Positions 18,337 through 24,354 of a DNA stretch of 24,354 nucleotides are shown piece by piece. The stretch spans positions 1 through 24,354 of the forward strand of contig JAVBWN010000011.1 of assembly GCA_036677365.1 (NCBI GenBank). Direction: 5' to 3'. The notes below the pieces were generated by a model. That model was not told the origin of the DNA, made no database searches, and was given only the letters and a program-made list of their open reading frames with translations. How positions within the stretch are numbered: position 1 is the first letter of the stretch; every line of letters starts with the position of its first letter. A program made the translations under genes and the position numbers. This DNA comes from Acholeplasma sp. (GTDB taxonomy: Bacteria > Bacillota_I > Bacilli_A > Acholeplasmatales > UBA5453).

Positions 18337-19272
18337 ATGAATTTAATGAATGACGAAAAACATTATAACACACTCAATAATTATTATAGACATCAATTTC
18401 CAAATAAGGTTTTTAAGATTGCGCTAAACGGTCACTTCACCTGTCCAAACATCGATGGTACCGTGGCCCGTGGTGGATGTACGTTTTGCACACCATTGGG
18501 TTCAGGTGATTTTGCCGGTTCAAAATATGACCCATTAAAAAAGCAATTTGATAACATCAAAGCAATGATGCATCTAAAATGGCCAGATAAAGCCAATTAT
18601 GTTGTATATTTTCAAGCCAATACAAACACCCACGGGCCATTAGAGAAACTCAAAGCCTTATATGAAGAAGCCATTACTTTAGACCCTGATATTGTCATGC
18701 TCAGTATCGCTACTAGACCAGATTCACTTCCTACGCCTGTATTAGATTATTTGGGTGAACTCAATCAAAGGGTACCTTTACAGGTTGAACTGGGGCTTCA
18801 AACCATCCATGAAACAACCTCTAATCTCATCAATCGCGCACATGATTTAAAGTGTTTTGACGACGCTGTTCTTGAGTTACGTAAGCGAAATATAGAGGTG
18901 GTGGTTCACATCATCAATGGTTTGCCTTATGAAACCAAAGAGATGATGCTTGAAACCATCAGACACATCAACCAATTAGACATCCAAGGGATTAAAATTC
19001 ATATGCTTCATGTGATGGAAAAAACCAAAATGGGTTTTGATTATAAAAAGAACCCCTTCCCTATATTATCTTTAGAAGCCTATGTCGATATTGTTGTGGA
19101 TCAACTCAGAATACTCAAACCCTCGATGATTGTTCACAGGGTTACCGGTGATGCGCCGCTAAAATTATTGATTGAACCCAAATGGACCATCAAAAAGTTC
19201 GTTGTACAAAATGAAATTGACAAGCGAATGCGCGCACTGAATGCTTGGCAGGGGGATTTATATGAAAGATGA
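18337..19272 (+). CDS. mnmL: TIGR01212 radical SAM protein (YtqA/MnmL, tRNA U34 mnm5 pathway)
   Basis: FTCPNIDG....GGCTFC...GSGDF, YFQA.TNT, ATRPD, VELGLQT, H.I.GLP and GIKIH.L motifs. Overlaps the downstream methyltransferase as in ytqAB. Confidence 0.88.
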   Translation: MNLMNDEKHYNTLNNYYRHQFPNKVFKIALNGHFTCPNIDGTVARGGCTFCTPLGSGDFAGSKYDPLKKQFDNIKAMMHLKWPDKANYVVYFQANTNTHGPLEKLKALYEEAITLDPDIVMLSIATRPDSLPTPVLDYLGELNQRVPLQVELGLQTIHETTSNLINRAHDLKCFDDAVLELRKRNIEVVVHIINGLPYETKEMMLETIRHINQLDIQGIKIHMLHVMEKTKMGFDYKKNPFPILSLEAYVDIVVDQLRILKPSMIVHRVTGDAPLKLLIEPKWTIKKFVVQNEIDKRMRALNAWQGDLYER

Positions 19273-19819
19273 TCACATCCAACGATTTGTCCATGAATAT
19301 TTAAATTCCCATGTTCATAAGAGCGATATCGTCATTGACGCGACCGTCGGTAATGGCCAGGATACGATCTTATTGGCAAGACTTGCTAAGCATGTGATTG
19401 GATATGATATCCAAGCTAAAGCCATCGAAATCACAAGACAAAAATTGAATGAACTGAAAATAGATAACGTAACTTTGCATCATCAATCCTTTGAACACAT
19501 TGAGGATGTAAGTAATTATCGTGGTGTAATCTTTAATTTGGGTTATTTACCTGGTGGTGATAAATCCATCACCACGCAACCGGATGTTACACTTAAAACC
19601 ATTCAAAATATCATAAAACAAATGGATAGCACAGATTTTATCCTCATAACTGCTTATCCTGGTCATGAAGCTGGCTTACTTGAAGCAAATCTATTGATGG
19701 ATTTAATTCAAACCTTAGATGCTTCTTTTATCACGTTGACCTATCAGATTCATAATCGAGTTCGTGCGCCATTTGTCATAATCATAGAAAAACAAAAACC
19801 ACTTAAGATTGGCTCTTAA
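19262..19819 (+). CDS. mnmM: Class I SAM methyltransferase YtqB/MnmM (tRNA mnm5s2U34 methyltransferase)
   Basis: IDATVGNGQDT..LA, YDIQ..A, FNLGYLPGGDK.ITT and YPGHE.G motifs. Start ATG 19262 overlaps the ytqA end. Confidence 0.88.
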   Translation: MKDDHIQRFVHEYLNSHVHKSDIVIDATVGNGQDTILLARLAKHVIGYDIQAKAIEITRQKLNELKIDNVTLHHQSFEHIEDVSNYRGVIFNLGYLPGGDKSITTQPDVTLKTIQNIIKQMDSTDFILITAYPGHEAGLLEANLLMDLIQTLDASFITLTYQIHNRVRAPFVIIIEKQKPLKIGS

Positions 19820-19831
19820 GCGGTTTTTTTT
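19787..19831. terminator. Bidirectional terminator overlapping the mnmM stop
   Basis: AAAAACCACTTAAGA-ttggc-TCTTAAGCGGTTTTTTTT with T-runs on both strands. Confidence 0.85.
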
Positions 19832-19849
19832 GTCGGATGCACCTCTGGA

Positions 19850-19884
19850 GTGAACTACCCACCACTTACAGAAGTGGGGGCTTC
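19850..19884 (-). mobile_element. Isolated IS200/IS605-family right-end hairpin remnant (no tnpA/tnpB in the window)
   Basis: Minus strand GAAGCCCCCACTTCTGTAAGTGGTGGGTAGTTCAC: subterminal CCC-CCACTT/AAGTGG-T-GGG hairpin ending TTCAC. Resembles right ends of Bacillota tnpB-bearing elements as I recall them. Confidence 0.7.
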
Positions 19885-19931
19885 CTATCCATACCAGCGT
19901 ACCCCACCAGTGCTGTTACTATTTTTTGCAT
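19866..19931 (-). pseudogene. 21-codon ORF MQKIVTALVGYAGMDRKPPLL*, either a truncated gene 5' end fused to the IS end or a small peptide
   Basis: AAGGAG SD 7 nt upstream (19944-19939) and TGtTATAAT at 19960-19952. The stop codon lies within the IS hairpin. Confidence 0.45.
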
Positions 19932-20013
19932 AATGTGACTCCTTTTTTAGCATTATAACACGTAAAATGGGTGACTTTTGTATTCTCTTTTTATCGTATT
20001 AATACGATGTTTT

Positions 20014-20046
20014 AGAAAAAAAGCGTGGTTCATTTGAACTCACGCT
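20014..20046 (-). terminator. Intrinsic terminator after leuS
   Basis: Minus strand AGCGTGAGTTCA-aa-TGAACCACGCT-TTTTTT. Confidence 0.85.
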
Positions 20047-20055
20047 CGATGTTAC

Positions 20056-22467
20056 TTATTCTTTGACAACCACATTGACGAGTTTACCTGCAACATAAAT
20101 CACTTTAACAATTTGTTTGCCTTCGGTAAATCTCACAACATTTTCTGCCAACAATGCTTTTTTCTTAACCACTTCAGAATCTTCATCTGGTGCAACAAAC
20201 ACGCGGTCACGAAGTTTACCATTGACTTGAACGACCACTTCAATCTCGTTAAGCACCAACTTAGATTCGTCAAATTGAGGCCATTCTTGGTAGGTCAAGG
20301 TATCTTTCTTATTGAATACGGTTTGGAATAATTCTTCTGTGATGTGTGGTGCGATTGGGTTGAGGAGTTTCAAAAATCCAATCGCTTGTTCCTTCGAAAT
20401 GCGTTTTTGTTTATAGACTTCATTGACGAAAATCATCATTTGAGATATCGCTGTATTAAAGGCTTGTTTGTCGTAATCTTCCGTGACTTTTTTTACGGTT
20501 TGATGGTAGACAAAATCAAGTTCAGAAACACTGTCTTCGACCGGTAAATAATACATGCGCCATACACGGTCTAAGAAGCGTTTGGAACCATCGATGGCCT
20601 CCGTATTCCACGGTTTATCGGCTTCAAGTGGCCCCATGAACATTTCATACAATCGAAGGGTATCTGCCCCATAGTTTTCGATGACTTCATCCGGATTCAC
20701 AACGTTACCTCTAGACTTACTCATCTTTTGGTTATCTGAACCCAAAATCATCCCTTGATTCAATAGCTTCATGAATGGTTCTTTGGTAGAAACCAAACCC
20801 AAATCATAGAGGAATTTGTGCCAAAAACGGGAGTATAGCAAGTGTCCAACCGCATGTTCAGCACCACCGATGTAGATGTCTACAGGTAGCCATTTATCGA
20901 GTTCTTTGCGTGCTTCTTCCGTATTGAGTGGAATAAATCCAACCAGTGTCTTTAATACATAACCAATGTAATACCAACTTGACCCAGCCAGTTGTGGCAT
21001 GGTGTTGGTTTCACGGCGGTAGAATTTACCGTCTTTTTTTATGTTGATCCATTCATATAAATTAGCGAGTGGGGATTCACCCGTACCGCTTGGTTTTATG
21101 TTCAGCATTTTTGGTAATTCAAGTGGAAGTTCTGATTCATCCAGTGGGATGGTGTTACCTTCTTCATCGAATAAAACCGGGAAAGGTTCACCCCAATAAC
21201 GTTGACGGGAGAACACCCAGTCTCTTAAACGATAGGTGATTTCTTTTTTACCTAACCCTAAGGATTCGAGGTAAGCGATGATGGTTTCCTTCGCTTCTTC
21301 GTTCATTAAACCATTGATGATGCCAGATTCGATGTGGATGCCATCGCCTGTATAGCAGCCTTCAACATCCGATTCGATGACTTTGACAATATCTAAGCCA
21401 TGTTTTAATGCGAAAGCATAATCGCGTTCATCGTGAGCTGGTACTGCCATCACTGCCCCTGTGCCATAAGAGGCTAAGACATAGTCAGCAATCCAAATCG
21501 GGACTTTTTGATTGTTGACTGGGTTGATGGCGTACGCGCCAGTAAATACACCTGTCTTATCTTTATTTAAATCCCCTCTATCGAGGTCTGTTTTTTGTTT
21601 GGTTTGTTCAATGTAGGCTTTTACAGTGGAGAGTTCATCTTGAGTGGTGATGTCTAATACCAATGGGTTTTCAGGTGCTAAGACCGCATAAGTCGCCCCA
21701 TATAAGGTATCCGGACGGGTAGTGAACACATCAAATGAAACATCGCTGTGTGCAACTTTAAAGGTGATTTTCGCACCTACGGATTTACCAATCCAGTTTC
21801 TTTGCATCTCTTTGATGTGTTCTGGCCAGTCCAATAAATCCAAATCTTCTAATAGACGGTCGGCAAATTTGGTAATTTTCAATACCCATTGTTTCATCGC
21901 TTTTTTAGTCACTGGATAATGGCCACGTTCGGAAACCATCACGCCATCTTTGATTTCAATTTCATCGTTGGCTAAGACCGTACCCAAGCCTTCGCACCAG
22001 TTGACTTCCACGTCTCTTCTTTCGGCCAACCCATGTTTAAATAATTGGATGAAAATCCATTGGGTCCATTTGTAATAATCGCTATCGGCTGTAGCGAACT
22101 CTCTGTCCCAGTCGATCCCAATCCCTGCTTCAATGATTTGACGCTTAAAGTTTTGAATATTTTTGTAAGTAAAGTCTTTTGGGTCATTGCCTGTTTGTAA
22201 GGCGTATTGTTCCGCAGGTAGACCAAACGCGTCCCATCCCATCGGATGTAACACGTTGTAGCCTTGCATGCGTTTAAAACGACTCATGATATCGGTCGCT
22301 GTATAAGATTCAATGTGTCCAACATGTAACCCGTGTGCCGAAGGGTAAGGGAACATGTTCATGACATAATAAGTCGGTTTGATTTGATCGTTTTCAGTTC
22401 TAAAGGTTTTATGATTAAACCAATAGGTTTGCCACTTTTTTTCAATGGCATTAAAATTATATTCCAT
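20056..22467 (-). CDS. leuS: Leucine--tRNA ligase
   Basis: MFPYPS..GLHVGH (HIGH), [17 protein letters not shown] and [12 protein letters not shown] (CP1 editing), [11 protein letters not shown] and KMSKS motifs. Confidence 0.98.
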   Translation of the reverse strand: MEYNFNAIEKKWQTYWFNHKTFRTENDQIKPTYYVMNMFPYPSAHGLHVGHIESYTATDIMSRFKRMQGYNVLHPMGWDAFGLPAEQYALQTGNDPKDFTYKNIQNFKRQIIEAGIGIDWDREFATADSDYYKWTQWIFIQLFKHGLAERRDVEVNWCEGLGTVLANDEIEIKDGVMVSERGHYPVTKKAMKQWVLKITKFADRLLEDLDLLDWPEHIKEMQRNWIGKSVGAKITFKVAHSDVSFDVFTTRPDTLYGATYAVLAPENPLVLDITTQDELSTVKAYIEQTKQKTDLDRGDLNKDKTGVFTGAYAINPVNNQKVPIWIADYVLASYGTGAVMAVPAHDERDYAFALKHGLDIVKVIESDVEGCYTGDGIHIESGIINGLMNEEAKETIIAYLESLGLGKKEITYRLRDWVFSRQRYWGEPFPVLFDEEGNTIPLDESELPLELPKMLNIKPSGTGESPLANLYEWINIKKDGKFYRRETNTMPQLAGSSWYYIGYVLKTLVGFIPLNTEEARKELDKWLPVDIYIGGAEHAVGHLLYSRFWHKFLYDLGLVSTKEPFMKLLNQGMILGSDNQKMSKSRGNVVNPDEVIENYGADTLRLYEMFMGPLEADKPWNTEAIDGSKRFLDRVWRMYYLPVEDSVSELDFVYHQTVKKVTEDYDKQAFNTAISQMMIFVNEVYKQKRISKEQAIGFLKLLNPIAPHITEELFQTVFNKKDTLTYQEWPQFDESKLVLNEIEVVVQVNGKLRDRVFVAPDEDSEVVKKKALLAENVVRFTEGKQIVKVIYVAGKLVNVVVKE

Positions 22468-22528
22468 AACATCACTCTTTCATATTTTCCATTATAAAAC
22501 AATTCTTGTTCAAATAAAACACAATGTC

Positions 22529-22551
22529 AAAAAAAGCACGACGCATCGTGC
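22529..22551 (-). terminator. Intrinsic terminator after the antiporter gene
   Basis: Minus strand GCACGA-tgcg-TCGTGC-TTTTTTT. Confidence 0.85.
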
Positions 22552-22558
22552 AATTTTG

Positions 22559-23791
22559 TTAATGAGACATTTTTTGTTTGGATACTTCTGGGGTAATTTC
22601 GCCAGCTTTGGTCAATGCAGTCTTCGTGATGAGTGGTCCAACCAATTCATAGATAAATGTAGCTGATAATATGACTGCCGAAATTTTAGCTGAATACTCA
22701 GGTACGATGTTGGCGGCAACAATCGTTAACCCAATCGCAACCCCTGCTTGAGGGACCAACCCCCAACCGAGGTATTTTTTAACATTCGGTGACCCATGGG
22801 CAATTTCAGCACCTAAGAAGGCACCAAAGAGTTTACCAACGACACGACCAACAATGTAGATTACACCAATGCCACCAACGGTGAGTAAGACATCAAATTG
22901 CAATTCTGCACCCGAGATGACAAAGAACATGATGAATATCGGCGGTGTGACGCGGTCAACCAGATACATGACTGTATCCAATATATCTTCATTGGATAGG
23001 TTGGTGAATACCGCACCCATCATCATACACGCAAGCAAAGTTGAAACTTCAAAATCCGGTAGTGCCAATTTAATCAATTCAGGGGTAGAAGCCACCAAGA
23101 ATATGAAGGCAAGCAACAAGGAAATCCGATTCCCTCTACCCGTATACCACTTGAATCCCAATGAAACGATGAACCCCGCTAAACCACCAATGCCTAAACT
23201 CATTAAGATTTCAACAAAGGGTTTGGAAATCATCCAACCTACATGGATGTCACCAGAAACATTGCCAACGGCTTTGGCAACAGCAACGAATAAACCGAAG
23301 AATACAATGGCTGTCGCATCATCGATGGCAACAACACTCAACAAGTTTTCAGTGACTTCCCCTTTTGCCTTATATTGTTTGATGACCATGATGGTAGCTG
23401 CTGGCGCAGTGGCTGCTGCGATGGCCGATAATACCAATGAAAATCTAACATCATTCCCAAATGCGATCAATGTCAGAAAAACAACAACAATCGCGAAGAA
23501 GGATTCCAATGCTGCAATGACGATAGGCAATTTACCTACACGTTTAAAATACGATAATTGAAATTCAGTACCAATCGAAAATGCAATGAAGCCCAATGCG
23601 ATTTGACTAACTGTATGTAGTTCTTCAAATGCAACCTCAGGAATGATGTGCACCCCAAGTAAGCCAAGGATGGGACCAATCAAAAGACCACCCAACAAAT
23701 AGCCTGTAACGTTTGGGAACTTGAAAAATTTCGCTAACTTCCCAAATAGCAATCCAGTCAATAAAATGACGGATAAATAAAAGAGAATCAT
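22559..23791 (-). CDS. Cation:proton antiporter (Na_H_Exchanger, CPA2-like), 410 aa
   Basis: P.VTGYL..G..IGP, IAF.IG.EF, AAATAPAAT, VAIDDA, FFV.SGA.L, R..GK..G and PQAGVAIGL motifs; about 12-13 TMs. Start moved to ATG 23791, just after the upstream stop. Confidence 0.9.
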   Translation of the reverse strand: MILFYLSVILLTGLLFGKLAKFFKFPNVTGYLLGGLLIGPILGLLGVHIIPEVAFEELHTVSQIALGFIAFSIGTEFQLSYFKRVGKLPIVIAALESFFAIVVVFLTLIAFGNDVRFSLVLSAIAAATAPAATIMVIKQYKAKGEVTENLLSVVAIDDATAIVFFGLFVAVAKAVGNVSGDIHVGWMISKPFVEILMSLGIGGLAGFIVSLGFKWYTGRGNRISLLLAFIFLVASTPELIKLALPDFEVSTLLACMMMGAVFTNLSNEDILDTVMYLVDRVTPPIFIMFFVISGAELQFDVLLTVGGIGVIYIVGRVVGKLFGAFLGAEIAHGSPNVKKYLGWGLVPQAGVAIGLTIVAANIVPEYSAKISAVILSATFIYELVGPLITKTALTKAGEITPEVSKQKMSH

Positions 23792-23792
23792 A

Positions 23793-24137
23793 TTATTGTT
23801 TGTAACCTCGGATAAAGTCGATTGGTACCGTAAATAAGATGCCCGTATTCGGCTCATTGATATTGCCAACGACTTCGTTGATGATGCGTTCAATATCAGG
23901 AATTCTTTCTTCTTTGACCACCATCATGATGGTTTTGTTTTCTTTTTGATTGTCTTTGAGTAAATGTCTTAATGAACCGAAAATACTGCTTAGGGATTCG
24001 TCATTGGTTTTGGATAATTGAGATGCCATACCAGACGAATTAAATACCGTTGCACCAGTTAAATGTGCATTGGCAAGTTCTTTCAACAAACGGTCAAGTT
24101 TTTCAGGTTTATTTAAAATAAAAACGAGTAATTTCAT
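23793..24137 (-). CDS. PII-like (GlnB-fold) signalling protein
   Basis: 114 aa: MKLLVFILN.PEKL..L...L......GATV..S.GM, a T-loop-sized insert, then K.IM.VV......I...I..VVG....P.TGILFTVP......G. GGAGG SD. Confidence 0.75.
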   Translation of the reverse strand: MKLLVFILNKPEKLDRLLKELANAHLTGATVFNSSGMASQLSKTNDESLSSIFGSLRHLLKDNQKENKTIMMVVKEERIPDIERIINEVVGNINEPNTGILFTVPIDFIRGYKQ

Positions 24138-24161
24138 ACGTAACGCCTCCTACCTAAAGTC

Positions 24162-24189
24162 ATTATACGACTAATAAAACATTTTTCAA
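24162..24189 (-). promoter_or_regulatory. Promoter for the PII-like/antiporter operon
   Basis: TTGAAA-16nt-TATAAT upstream of the GGAGG SD. Confidence 0.6.
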
Positions 24190-24218
24190 AGAACAAAGAG
24201 GTGAATAAATCACCTTTT
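24190..24218 (-). terminator. Probable intrinsic terminator for a transcript entering from the right edge
   Basis: Minus strand AAAAGGTGA-tttat-TCACCTCTTT-GTTCTTT. It could also act on the plus strand. Confidence 0.6.
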
Positions 24219-24354
24219 ACAGAATGATTTATGATATATACCTCTTAACGATTTAACTCGTCTTATTTAAAGCGACTACATATCAAATAAATATGTACGC
24301 TTAGGCGTGTTCACGCCTCTAGTCCCTATCCATATGGCATCGGGATTACCTTTT

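Noticed and set aside
272..23561. Many antisense or alternate-frame ORFs in the track (e.g. 272-583, 4466-4921, 11630-12025, 15459-15869, 16177-16527, 22869-23561)
   Set aside because: They overlap clearly identified genes and show no recognisable motifs. They are typical shadow ORFs.
23792..23893. 34-aa N-terminal extension of the antiporter in the ORF track
   Set aside because: It overlaps the PII-like gene. ATG 23791 sits right after that gene's stop and begins TM1.
24258..24320. Pistol-ribozyme-like words on the minus strand (CCTAAGCG, hairpin, GT, TTAAATA)
   Set aside because: The element order is wrong (TTAAATA follows rather than precedes) and no P1/pseudoknot partner is visible.
24325..24334. 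10-mer CCTATCCATA shared with 19884-19893
   Set aside because: Exact 10-mer pairs are expected many times by chance in 24 kb, and the flanks do not align.
1..24354. CRISPR array, prophage or defence island
   Set aside because: No regularly spaced repeats and no cas, phage or restriction-modification genes. All large ORFs are housekeeping or membrane proteins.

Overview
A low-GC, gene-dense housekeeping region with almost all genes on the minus strand. It most likely comes from an Acholeplasmatales-type Mollicute; this is inferred from Bacillota-type PolC and synteny, TGA used as stop and TGG for Trp, and loss of prpC/prkC from the rlmN-rsgA-rpe-thiN cluster. In order, it contains: a membrane hypothetical gene, an aromatic-acid-exporter (YqjA-like) gene, a DUF402 phosphatase, an orphan ArsR regulator, tRNA-Leu(GAG), fakA/DAK2, rpmB, thiN-rpe-rsgA-rlmN, pheT-pheS with a Phe T-box, a BI-1/YccA gene, polC with a DUF1189-like gene, mnmL-mnmM (ytqAB), leuS, and a PII-like protein coupled to a CPA2 cation:proton antiporter. 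There is no intact mobile element, prophage, CRISPR array or defence island. Three spots are the least explained. (1) A small minus-strand transcription unit at about 19790-19960 with a promoter, SD, 21-codon ORF, an IS200/IS605-type right-end hairpin ending TTCAC, about 18-20 nt of guide-position sequence and a terminator. (2) The PII-like/CPA2 antiporter pair. (3) A run of back-to-back hairpins at the right edge. All calls come from reading the sequence; no searches were run.
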